Assembly: GCA_907165135.1 (NCBI GenBank)
Contig: OU015569.1
Coordinates: forward strand, 6,572,001-6,636,000
Length of the DNA: 64,000 bases
Source of the DNA: Oikopleura dioica
Taxonomy: Eukaryota; Animalia; Chordata
Reading direction: 5' to 3'
The translations under genes were made by a program, and so were the position numbers. Of this stretch, positions 12,262-23,770 are shown in pieces (within the stretch, counting starts at the first letter, position 1; each line of letters opens with the position of its first letter). Under the pieces are notes generated by a model that had not been told where the DNA came from, did no database searches, and saw only the letters and a list, made by a program, of their open reading frames with translations.

Positions 12262-14361
12262 ATGACAAACGAAAACACAGAAATCATTATCGAGTCTGGC
12301 ACCTCGACAGAACAAGGTACACAACGCGTTAGTTGATTACTGCCAGTCGAGCTCACCGCGATTTTTAAGGGTCTTCTTCGAACGATGAGCCCTCGGTCAA
12401 GTGCCGGAAGAATACCGCCGCCCCCACAGCCGAAACTCGCCAAAGCGATTCAGGTAACAATCAAATCCTAAAGCCGAATTAGGTGTGAATTAATACGCTG
12501 CCAAGAAACACAACTCGAGCCACAAATATTTGCAAAAAAGCATGATTTTATGGCCCCGCATAACATTTGGAGTATTTCTCGATCTGGAAGGCGTTTCTCT
12601 TCGACTCTACTGTAGAATTAACTCGCGCTTTTCAATTTTTATAAATCGAGAAACAAGGGATCTATCAAGGTAAACAAAGTGAAACGAACAGATAAAAAAG
12701 ATTGGATTTGAGCCTTTTGCACCATAAAAAGTGTTTTATATGAATCAGGAATCTGCGAACATGAGAAGTTGAGGTAGATTTGCTTTCGACATTATTCTTA
12801 TTAATTTGAGCTCATTCAAGCGTTCTTTAATTTTGAAAAAATTAGATTTGGCTATCAATTGTCAATTGAAGTGCCTAGTAGTCTTGAAAAGTATTCTTTT
12901 ATTTGGTTGAAATAATAGCCTCGGCGTAAATGGCTAAAGCGCATTGTTATGAATGAGAAGAGCGTTTTTTCTTGATCTCGGCGCGTGGTCAAGAGAGCGA
13001 GCAGCCAACTTGCTCGAAAGGAAGAAAACGATTTTTACGAGCTTCAGAAAAATTACGATATTGAGAGAGACGAATCAATTCTCACAATTTTTTTGTTCAG
13101 ACTCTTTTCATGAAGAAGACGAAAGTGATCGAGCGATGCTGATACAGAGATCCAGTGCCAGAAGACGGCAGAAGGAGTCCACGTCAAAGTTTAAATCGCC
13201 ACAAAAGAGATACGTCCCAGAATGGTGGAAAACATTTGTCATTTTAATCTACTTGCAATGCTGTCTGTTTCTGATGACGGTGACGGAAGCAATCGTCCAC
13301 GACAAAGTGCCAGGTATTCAACCCTGTTCATTTTTCGGCTTTTTGACTTGTTTAGATCAAAACACCACTGCTCCTCTTCCTGATATCGCATGGGAATTGA
13401 CCGCAAAGTGGCCCTTCGAGACTGAATTTGGGAATCACCTCTGTTTCAAACTTACAGAAATCATTATTCTCTGCCTCACAGTTCTAGGTAAAAAACACCT
13501 TCTTTTTCACAAAATTACGAATGATTTAGCTCATCTCCACTTTATCACTCATGTTCACTTCTCGATCGTCTTTCGTCGCTGGTTATTTCACGTCGGAACA
13601 GGTTTTGCTCGCTCTCCTGCATTTTTGCTAAATGTTATTAGTCTATCTGTACAGAGTGCTGACTATCTCCGTCACAATCCTTCCAGTGCCCAAGTTACCG
13701 CCGAACCACTGCATGCCAAAGACGGACGGCTCGGTCGAACAGATTCTCCAAAGAGCATGGAAGACACTCTCTGGCGCAGGGATGGAAATCTGAGCGGCAC
13801 GGCACGGCACGGCACAGCGGCATGGACATGACTGGCATGAATATGTGTGGGTAAGTCATTATTATAGCCGTCTGAGCTTTTCTTATATAATATTCAGTGA
13901 TTACATGTACTCTGGTCACACTTCGATCATCACTTCTTCGGCGCTCTTCATTTTGGAGTATTCTCCGCGCCGCTGGTGGGTCTACCACTACATCGTTCAA
14001 ATTGCCGCCATCATCGGCGTTTTTTGCATTCTAGTCGCTCATGAGGTACCATCACTTATTCCCTTTTCGTTCCTCCTATTTACCAATTCAGCACTACACG
14101 ATCGACATAATCATTGCTTATTACATCGTGTCCAACCATTTCTGGATGTATCACACGATGGCCGCTATTCCTGACGTAACGAGTCCTACTGGGTCATCTA
14201 CTCGGGTCCCGCTCACCCGAGCCTGGTGGTGGCGCATTTTCAGATTCATGGAAGTGAACGTTCCAAGCCCGCTGCCGATCGCGCACGAGAATCCGCTTCT
14301 TCGCGTGCATCGCTATTTAAAAACATTCACAGCGAAGACGCAGCCTCTAAGTCCGATCTAA
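12262..14361 (+). CDS. SGMS: Sphingomyelin synthase
   Basis: HDKVP..PLPD; SIVFRRWL; catalytic CGDYMYSGHT and HYTIDIIIAY; LEYSPRRWW; FWMYHTMA. Two 5' exons (from 12262) join in phase across a 647-nt intron at 12454-13100. Confidence 0.92.
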
Positions 14362-15416
14362 CTCGAGCTCTGAATGTCTGAATGAAACTGAAGTAGCCAT
14401 GAAACACACACAAGCGCCTGGTTATTTGTATGATGCCTTTTGCTGACGGGTATTTATTTTTCTTGTAGGTATTGCCAATTTATTTTCTCCCGAAAGTAAC
14501 CAGACGCGTGTCAATTTATCTTTACTTTTATCAATCCTAGTTCCAAGCTCTTGTATCTGTTCCTGTATTATATTTTTCTTTGGGCGAGATAACGACTTTC
14601 CCCGTGTTGAGTATCTCACTCTCTTCTCAAGGTACAAAGATCTTCTGGTTCCGACAAAACTCTTCTTCGCTTTCCTGTTTATTCCTTTTCGAAAACAAGA
14701 CCTCTTTACTGAAACTCTTTCCGCTCATTTTGTCACATAACCTCACCACAGGTTGGTGATCCTATTTTCGATTATGCAAGTTCAACGCGAAGAATAGTAC
14801 ATTACAGATGATCCGCTCCTTGAAGCCAACAAGGAGTCCGTAAATCTGAGTATTTATTGGCAAGTGTTTTTACTGATATGCTATAACTTTAATTCTTCAT
14901 TCTTCCTTTGTCTTATATTTTTTCTGTTCATACATTATATATTTTCTGCTGTATATCGAACTTTTCTTAAATACCTAACAAACAACGATGACCTAATAAA
15001 TACTTCAAATAAAGTTATATCTTTCTAAAAGGAATGTTTCCACCTTCTGATGGATATTCCTTTCGCCTTCGAGAATTTCAGCATTGCGCAGTCTGCATGA
15101 AAATTGAGACTTCAAAAAGGGATTTCTGTTGGTGAAATATTGAGAATCTCTTTCTTCTAGTGCACACCTGACTCTTAAGGGAATCAAGATGAATTTAAAT
15201 ATCGGACGGAAAAGATCTACTAGTAGAAGGTTGTCTTATTAGCATCAGATTGGATCATTTATCTCAATCAGCGGGATGACCAGTTCCGATCTTGGTGGTT
15301 ATCACCTGCGCAACCGAACTTTTTCGGTGTCTGCTTATTGATCACTTTACGCCCTCTTTCGGTTGATCTTATACATTTAATCGGGCACTGAGCCCACACT
15401 CTATCAAAAAACTAAA

Positions 15417-16151
15417 ATGTCAGACAATATCTACTTGAAATATGACGGCTTCGAAGGATACCCAAACTTCCAGATTCGATTGAATCCGATGGGTACAAAA
15501 GACTGCGACTTCGAGCTGTCCTGCAAATGCAAATTCCGAGTTCCAGATATTCCTCTCAGAGATGCGACTTGTGAAGGAACGCTCATCGAAGACATCTACC
15601 AAGGACTACCGATCTTCTTGGCCGGCCTGTACAAAGGGGAAGTCGTCCAGAAAGAGGAATCGCTGTGGAATGTTCCCGATTTCAAACCTGCAAAGCATCT
15701 CTTTTGCCCGAAAGATGAGGGGCAGGTACAGCACGTCAAGGAATTCGTCGAGCAAAGACGGGCAATGCTCATTGAGTCTGGAGGGAAAGAAATGGAGAAC
15801 TGCAATTGCTGCCTCTACGGCAACGACACATTGCAGACGATGATGCACCTGATTATTTTCCGAAGCACAGTCCAAGGATCCTCCCACTCGTCAACATCCA
15901 GAGACTTGACTTCGGCAACGAAAACAGCGAGGAAGGGCCCGCGCCTACCAAAGGCCGTCAAGAAAGTGCTCCAGAAGGCTCACAAGGATCTCGAAGCCGC
16001 GACAAAGCCATACACGTCTGATGAAAAGATGGCAGAGCTGTTCAAAGAGACCGTCGGAGTCAAGCCACAGAAGAAATTGATCAAGAAGAAGCCGAATCAA
16101 GGAAAAGCACCAAATAACATCCGCAAGACGAAGAAGCCAGCACGTCTATGA
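15417..16151 (+). CDS. Orphan Cys-rich protein with Lys-rich tail, copy 1 (intronless, 244 aa)
   Basis: Single ORF; strong similarity to copy 2 with many synonymous third-position differences; AATAAA at about 16214. Confidence 0.8.
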   Translation: MSDNIYLKYDGFEGYPNFQIRLNPMGTKDCDFELSCKCKFRVPDIPLRDATCEGTLIEDIYQGLPIFLAGLYKGEVVQKEESLWNVPDFKPAKHLFCPKDEGQVQHVKEFVEQRRAMLIESGGKEMENCNCCLYGNDTLQTMMHLIIFRSTVQGSSHSSTSRDLTSATKTARKGPRLPKAVKKVLQKAHKDLEAATKPYTSDEKMAELFKETVGVKPQKKLIKKKPNQGKAPNNIRKTKKPARL

Positions 16152-16718
16152 GAAGTTTTCCGTCAGATCGAAACTGCCACTTGTCTACCTGTACTATTCT
16201 ATTCCATACTAAAAATAAACCAAGAGGAACGGTCAACTCATGGTAATAATAATATTATTAAATTTGTAGAAACTCTCTCCGATGGAGTTCATAAGTCTTT
16301 TCCATGGCCTGATAATTTTAGACTAAAAACTTTTAGTTCGCGTAGATGAGGTTTCAATTTGAGCGGGGTTACTCTCTTGCGCTCGGGCGTTATTGTGTGG
16401 TAGCGCGATGTGGTGTCGCCCGAAACTGTGTGTCCATCCCGATCGCTCATGTTTTGAGTGCTGATTGGCTGTGATTTTAATAATCGGCCCTTATTGGGCA
16501 ACTAAGAAATCTTATTGCAATTCCCGAAAGAAAAAGCAACTCCTGGATCAATTCAAAGAGAGCCGAAGTAGGGGGTGACCTTGTTAATTCTAGAGTAGGT
16601 TCATGTATTGCCTTTCATTTCGGGTAAGGCTGAGCGTCCCCACAAATTGTAGGCTACAACGAGCAAGGCACGTGCACCTACTTACAGGATGAACAAGGTC
16701 ACCGTCAATTACATTAAA

Positions 16719-17799
16719 ATGTCGGACAATATTGTCAATATGTTCGTGAAATTCAATGGCTTCGAAGGATTCCCTGACTTCCAGATTCGGATGAATCAGA
16801 TGGGAACTGGCGACTGCGATTTCGAGCTCTCCTGCAAATGCAAATTTCGAGTTCCAGACATTCCTCTCAGAGACGCCACTTGTGAAGGGACACTCATGGA
16901 AGACATCTACAGAGGACTTATGACATTCTTGGCCTGTGTGTACAAAGGAGAAATCGTCCAGAGAGAGCAATCTCTTTGGAAGGACCCAGATTTCGTTCCT
17001 GCAAAGCATCTCTTTTGCCCTGAAGATGAGCAGCAAGTGGAGCACGTCAAGGAATTCATCGCGAAAAGACGGGCAATGCTCATGACGACTGGAGGCAAAG
17101 AAATGGAGAACTGCAACTGCTGTCTTTTTGGAAACGATACAATGCAGACTATGGGTCGAAACAGACTACCACTATAGACTGGACTTCAGCATGATTTGTT
17201 GATTTTTGTCCAAATTTCTACCCCTGTTACAGACAATAATGCACATGGTTCTTTTCACAAACACCGTTCAAGGCGCTTCTCCCTCTTCAACATCAAGCAA
17301 CTTTGCTCCGGCGACGAAAACATCGAGGAAGGGCCCGCGCCTACCAAAGGCACGTTTTTAAATGTTCTAATTTTGTAGCCCTGTTCTAAGTAATAATCAT
17401 TTACTTTTACAAAAAAAAAGCGTGAAAGGCTGTCAAGAAAGTCCTGCAGAAGGCGCACAAGAATCTCGAAGCGGCGACTAACCCATTTACTTCTGATGAA
17501 AAAATGGCAGAGCTGTTCAAGGCAGAGTTGCAAAATCTAATAGATTGCCGATTGTATTTTTAGCTGATTTAATACTATTAATTATTACTAATTTATAAGT
17601 AGTACATAATTTAAAACTATGTACTATAGTTACTATAATACTATAAAATTTATAGTATAAATTACTAAATTTTCAACTCTGGTCCAAGGAGGCTGAAATC
17701 AACGAAGATAAAGGCCCGAAAAGTGCATCGAAGAAAAAGCAGAAGCAAGGAAAGACACCGAACAACACCCGCAAGACAAAGAAGCCGACACGCCTCTAA
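16719..17799 (+). CDS. Orphan Cys-rich protein, copy 2 (three introns absent from copy 1)
   Basis: Aligns to copy 1 after removing 17154-17232 (GG-AG), 17350-17428 (GC-AG) and 17522-17688 (GC-AG); homologous 3' UTR through AAAATAAACCAAGA. Confidence 0.75.
17351..17424. mobile_element. 74-bp MITE-like insertion forming intron 2 of orphan copy 2
   Basis: 5-bp direct repeat AAAGG at 17346-17350 and 17425-17429; ends CACGTTTTT / AAAAAGCGTG (8 of 9 inverted match, partly low complexity); single AAAGG in copy 1. Confidence 0.55.
17523..17681. mobile_element. 159-bp hAT-like MITE forming intron 3 of orphan copy 2
   Basis: TIR CAGAGTTG(C)AAAAT ... ATTTTCAACTCTG; 8-bp TSD GTTCAAGG / GTCCAAGG (7 of 8); very AT-rich core with palindromes; absent from copy 1. 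Confidence 0.75.
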
Positions 17800-18037
17800 G
17801 AATTTTCCCCAAACTGTGTCACTGCCCCTTATCTTGCATAGCTTGATAGCATACCGAAAATAAACCAAGATTAACACAGACCAAGAGGGAGAATACTTCC
17901 GAAGAATTCAAACTCTTTTGTTAGCATGTTTTACAGAAAATAATTATCTTATTCATAATTTGTAGGAACAGACGGTGCAGGACCAATAATCGAAATTGTC
18001 GATGATTTCTAGACACTTTTTCACAAGAAAAAAGTTT

Positions 18038-18110
18038 TGACCACGATGGGACTCGAACCCACAACTTCCTGATTCGAAGTCAGACGCCATATCCATTAGG
18101 CCACGCGGCC
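18038..18110 (-). tRNA. trnR-TCG: tRNA-Arg (anticodon TCG)
   Basis: GGCCGCG TG GCCT AATGGATA TGGC G TCTGA CT-TCG-AA TCAGG AAGTT GTGGG TTCGAGT CCCAT CGTGGTC A folds as a cloverleaf with A and B boxes; a T6 Pol III terminator lies just downstream. Confidence 0.93.
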
Positions 18111-18452
18111 GCTGGAAGCCGAGCAGAATCTAGAGTACAAATATATAAATACAAAGCATTTTAGAGAATAATGGTAGATATCCGATAATCTCGGAAGTCA
18201 AAAGTCAAAAAGACGCTGGATCCGAGAAAGAACGGTAAAGCTGAAGCTTTAAATGTGATCATAAAATGAGCTCTCATTTTCTGTCAAAGCTTCTTCTTTA
18301 TCAAATTCTTTCTGCCAAAAAATTTCTGCAAAGCTGTTTTATCTGGAGTTGCAGAAAAAGATCTTGATCCCGAGAGTCTGTGAATGATTTACTGAGCAAG
18401 CAAAAGAAGGCATGAGTCAATAATAACCTGGGGCGTAAAGAGAGAGCGGAAA

Positions 18453-19629
18453 ATGGACTTTTCGGGACGAAAAATCGTAGTTACTGGAGCAGGAAGTGGT
18501 TGGATAGTTAATTTTACGAGTTTTATTGGGTGCATATAATTAGATGATCTTATTTCTAATTTAGATCTAACTAGAAATGATCGTCAGTAAGACCACTAAA
18601 AAGGAAAGGGGATAGGACGAGGAATTGCGCAGAAACTCGTTCAACTAGGAGCATCCGTATACGGTAGACATCTTGGCATAAGTACCAACTAAAGGAATCT
18701 CTAGCTGTCTCACGAACACAGTCTGATCTTGATGGCCTCAAAGCAGAGTTAGGAGAGAGGCTGATTCCGATCCAATGCGACGTCTCAAGCTGGAACGATA
18801 TCGATCAAAAACTCGGAGCACTAGAAGGATAGGGCTGATTTGTGTAAAATTAATCATGCAAATATGTACTGTTTAATACAATTAAATCGAGCTTGAATGA
18901 GGGATCGACGGACTCGTGAACAACGCTGCTGTGGCGATTTGTCGACCATTTTTGGAAGCAACCGAGGCAGATTTCGATACCCAAATGAACATCAATGTAA
19001 AAGGTCATTCTTTTCTATATCAATGATGAATATTTTCGGACTAGGTGCGATGCACGTGGCTCAAGTAATCGGCAAAGATATGGCGAAACGGCAAAGAGGG
19101 TCGATTGTTAACATTTCTTCACAAGGAATGAGTTCAAGATAAACTTTTGGCAGATACTTGGCTAATTTATCAAGAATAATAAACGAACTCGAGCCTCAAG
19201 CTTCCCAAGCTGCCCTAGCAGATCACGTGGTCTATGGAATGACAAAAGCCTCCCTTGATATGCTCACGAAAATCATGGCGCTTGAGCTTGGTCCGCTCGG
19301 AATAAGGCAGGAGTTAACAAAGTATTCCCGAGCACCTTGTTGATTGCTCTTTTTAAACTTCAAAACAGAACTAATGCTGTCAATCCGACGGTGGTTATGA
19401 CTGCGATGGCGAAAGTAGGATGGTCTGACCCAGCTAAGGCAGGTCCTATGCTTGCCAAAATTCCACTCGGCCGATTTGCTGAGGTCGAAGACGTAGTAGG
19501 GCCGGTGCTATATCTTCTTTCAGGTAGCAAATTAGCTTCAAATTCAAAAATATATATGCAATTTAAGACCTTTCTTCAATGGTTAATGGAACAACTCATC
19601 CAATCGATGGAGGATTTTTAGCTCAGTAA
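18453..19629 (+). CDS. DCXR: L-xylulose reductase / dicarbonyl reductase (SDR)
   Basis: [64 protein letters not shown]; includes two GA-AG introns and one GC-AG intron. Confidence 0.92.
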
Positions 19630-20069
19630 GTGAAAATGATATAGTACTTAGCTTCATCCTGCATAATAAACCGAAAAAACGAAACAAGATAAATTATGGC
19701 TTTGATATTGTCTTAATGATCAGGACTGACATACTTTGAGATGGAGAATCCTATATAAATGTGTTATTTCTACTAGCTTCAAGAGCTCAATCGGTGGGTC
19801 AATCAAGCAACAAGCAGAACAAATAGATATAAACTCGAGAAGTTCAAGGAGTTCTAATCAGTTGACTTGGTAACCTATTGATACAATATGAAGTGCTCAT
19901 TCACAATGAGGCTCGAATTAGTCAGTCTCCAACTTTTACGACTTCAATAAGGGTAGCTTTTATCCCTAGCATAGAGACTGAGTCTATTTCTCGTTTCGTC
20001 ACACTTTCTGAGCACAATTACGATTTTGAGGATACAAAGAGAGACATAGAGAGAGAAGATAAGTGCAAC

Positions 20070-20979
20070 ATGAAGCGAGTGAAACTTATTTTTCTTGGGA
20101 TTATCATCATCGATAAAGGGAGCAAAAGAGCAATAAGTACTTAAATAGTTGATAAGATAGTCCGAAACATAAATGAATCACCGGTAAAGTGACCGACAAG
20201 ATAATCTTTAATGCGATTAAAGAGCTCATTCTCGCACTCGGCGGTTTTGGAATTTCTGCATATTTATACGCACAAGTCCCAGATCCTCGAAATGTGCTAT
20301 CAATGGTGCCACTCTGTTTTATGGGGTAAGACTCAGTTGTAGGAAGACACTCGATAAAAATAAACCATCAGGTACGCTGTGTTCGTAACACTCCTCGGAG
20401 CATTGGCAGGAAAATGCCAGAGCCACTGGCTTCTGCTCTTCCATCTTATTTTCGGCTTTATCGCCATCATTGGGTTCAGCGGAAGCACGGTTATCAGCGG
20501 AATGTGGCTTGGCAATAAAACTATAGTGGTAAGTTCTAAAACCAATGCCAATCATTAGAAATATCAATTTTCTAGCCGATATCAAGCTTGGACAATTCTA
20601 CACTGACTGCCTTCCGAGAAATCTGTAACCTAGACAACCTTGGCACGGATTTGGACAGGATAGAAGCTAACAACGGCACCGATACTGAAGAGCCATTTCC
20701 AGGTGCTTATGAGACAATAAGATAGTTAATCCCGCAACTCTCTGTTCAGGAATCAACGTTGACCGCAGCACTGTGCTTGACTTTATGGGGCTTTTCCGCC
20801 TTTGCGACGCCAGTGAATTGGCAACAGATATTATTCTCGGTCGAACTAGTGAAACAACCGCTTATCTTGTCAACATCATCATGGCTTTATGCATTTTTTC
20901 AGGAAGGGCTCAGAAAGTCTCCCGTCTATTGAGAAACCACAGAAACAATAGAAACTCTTCGTCACTAATCACAGTATAA
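20070..20979 (+). CDS. Tetraspanin-like four-TM protein (no CCG motif)
   Basis: Joined exons give three N-terminal hydrophobic segments (LILALGGFGISAYLY; YAVFVTLLGALAG; LLLFHLIFGFIAIIGF), a loop with N-x-T sites and a fourth segment AYLVNIIMALCIF. Confidence 0.5.
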
Positions 20980-21553
20980 GTAAATAGAGGAACTTGCTAT
21001 TTCAGGGAGCACTTATGTGAAAGCTCATCAAAAAATTGACTGATAGGTAAGTGATTAACTAACAACGTTCAGACTAATAAAAGACTGACGGGCCCAACTT
21101 CCTCAAGTGACGAGGACAAGTTGATTGTCTTAATGAGTTAATGGATCATAAAGATGATGTTCTCGCTTCAAGGGCCTACCGGACTAACGTTAAATACAAC
21201 AAGATTGCGTGGCAATATTTCTGAGCTTCATGAAGGGACCTGCTTCGTTTTTTATTCATTGACATTTATCACTGGAGTCTGCTTCATGAATGAAATCAAA
21301 ACATATGGCTGGTCGGCATAGAAAAGTTGGATCGTCTTAACAGCTTTCTATCACCCAGGTCGGTTTTTATCTGTTATGTGAACTGTATTTAATAAATAAA
21401 ATACACTGATATGGACCTTGATTTCAGCAGAAACACAATCTAAGAGGCAATTATATATTTTGTCGGGCACAGAACACACAGAACTAGAAACATAATACTT
21501 TTTGTAGGGCAGAATATAACATGTGAGAAAACTTTAGTTTGAAATTGAACGAT

Positions 21554-22575
21554 TTACTTCTTGGCGCCGCCAGTCTGAGCAGCAACTTTTTCCATGGCGG
21601 CCTTGACAGTCTCCTCATCTCCGAGGAACTTCATCGAAACAACGGGCTTGAAGTTCTCATCGAGCTCGTAAACGAATGGGATTCCAGTAGGCAAGTTCAA
21701 GCCCATGATTTGGTCCTCTGTCATGTCATCTAAGAAAAGGAATAAGTGCCGAGCTACTCTTATTAAGGCCCCGCATGATCGGAGGACCAAAAATTTCAAA
21801 AGCCCGAAAAAAAATGTTGAATATTAATTTATATTGTTCCTGTCCCTAGCTTTTCTTAGGTTTCCGAAAATAAGAGAGATTATTTTAACTTACCGAGGTA
21901 CTTGACAATGCCTCGAAGGGAGTTTCCATGAGCGGCAATGAGAAGCTTTTTGCCCTCCTTGAGCTGAGGGACAATCACGTCGTTCCAATATGGGAGCGTT
22001 CGTTTGATGGTGAGCTCGAGCGATTCGCAAGCTGGGAATTCTTCAGCTGGAACGTCCTTGTACTTGGGGTTCTAGAGGAAACAGTTTGGCTATTTTAACT
22101 TAGTCTTGATTAGAACCTTTTGAATGGTTTCGAAGTAGGCATTCGCCTCAAGGATGGCAGGTGGAGGAGTGGCGAAGGATCGTCGCCAGATCTGAACCTG
22201 ATCAGCTCCGAACTTTTCGACGGCTTCCTTCTTATTCTGGCCTGTCAAATCACCATAGTGGCGCTCGTTCAAACGCCAGGTGTAGTTGATTGGAATGTCT
22301 TGCTGACCAAGAGCCTCGAGAATCGAGTTGCAGGTCTTGTTGGCACGCTGAAGGAGAGAAGTGTGTGCAGCGTCGAACTTGTAGTTAGCGTCTATTAAGC
22401 GGTCATAGAAACGAGAAGTAAAAAGGAGAAACTTACTCTTCAAGGCCTGTCCAGCAGCGGCGGCCTCAGCAACACCGGCTTCAGAGAGGTCGGCGTCGAA
22501 CCAACCACAGAAAAGGTTCTGCTGATTCCACTGGGACTCGCCGTGGCGGACCATAACAATTTCGTACTTGGCCAT
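21554..22575 (-). CDS. PGAM: 2,3-BPG-dependent phosphoglycerate mutase
   Basis: [71 protein letters not shown]. Confidence 0.97.
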
Positions 22576-23257
22576 ACTGTCTCTATAAATATCACAGATT
22601 TTCTTTGGGCTCGCTTCGCTAAAAATCTAAGCTAGAAGAGCACGAGAACAGACAGTTTTTGAACTGCTAACAGTGTGACAATTATGCAACAGGCATTGAA
22701 GAGTTACATAAAAAGGGGGTAAATCAAAGGTGAGAAAATTGCTCTTTACGTTGACTGATATCGGTACCCAAGGGTGTGGCATAACCCCGGGGGCATACAA
22801 TTTGAATCGTAAGAGTATCTATAACTTGAAAATCAAGAACGAATGTAACTTAATGTTGACTTCAGCTCTCCCGAAATGCCATTATCAGGTAGTGTCAGGG
22901 TGACACGATGAGGGTTTTGTAAAGACCTGAAATCACTTTATATAATTGTATAGCCCTATAGTTTTTAAGTGAGAGTTCTAACAAAACTATTCAACTAAGT
23001 CTGAAACCCACCGAGGCTTCAGTATATCATGTTTAGCAATCATCATTACCAAAAATTCGTCTCGACAATTTTCCACAATAATGAGAAGCTCTGAGATTAG
23101 TCACCCCTCTTGCTAAAATGTTCCCGGGCATAAGATCGAACGAGACGATCGGAAAGCTGCAATAAGCCCCTTTCACTCGCACAATCAGATAGCAACCACC
23201 GACAACACCCAATTCGAAAAAATTGCCTTTTTAAAACGAATTCCAGCAAACTCGAAA

Positions 23258-23498
23258 ATGCCTTTAGCGAAAATGGACACACCTGATCCGACTACTTGCT
23301 CGGGAATATTTGGTAAGAAATTATCTGGATCAGCTGATTGAATTTAATAATACAAAATTAGAAGCTTGTCGATCATCTGGAATTTCTACGTCGAAAGATT
23401 GCGCGAACTACAAAGAAAAATGCTCGAAATTCGTCAACTTCAAGCGCATTTTTCCCAATGAGCCTGCTCAAAAGACCGATTTCGTTCTCAAAAACTAG
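23258..23498 (+). CDS. Putative 63-aa protein with four Cys (Cx6C-x10-Cx6C)
   Basis: TTCCAG acceptor 11 nt before the ATG; canonical 49-nt intron 23313-23361 joins in frame; AATAAA at about 23524. Confidence 0.4.
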
Positions 23499-23770
23499 CC
23501 TGTAACATCCAATTCTATTCTGAAATAAAGCATTCTAAACACTCTGAATCTCGAAACCAGAGCAAAGTCGCCAGGTTATTTTGAGCACTAGAAAGTGTTC
23601 TCAGTTTTATAATTCTTTCCCTTTACAAATAAATTCCGATATAGTTTGCATTGTATAAGTTTCAATGACGAGTATAAGATTGGAGAGTTTCTTCGAAGCA
23701 AAGCATTTCAATGGCAAAGCTCGAGGAGTTCAGCAGATTCGCAATATTTATATATTTTATTCAGATGCTT

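Noticed and set aside
14422-14830. Short ORFs on both strands, possible LINE remnant (YSTRGKSL)
   Set aside because: Only a superficial resemblance to the LINE TRGH motif; no RT motifs; no consistent gene model.
15417-16230. Copy 1 as a processed retrogene
   Set aside because: No poly(A) remnant or flanking TSD, tandem position, and the copy-2 introns look like TE insertions; not fully excluded.
18828-19368. TIR/TSD structure in DCXR non-canonical introns
   Set aside because: Only 6-8-bp imperfect inverted matches, and repeat offsets do not equal intron lengths.
22990-23050. Box C/D snoRNA candidate (ATGATGA..CTGA on minus)
   Set aside because: Boxes only 17 nt apart, no terminal stem, not in a recognisable host intron.
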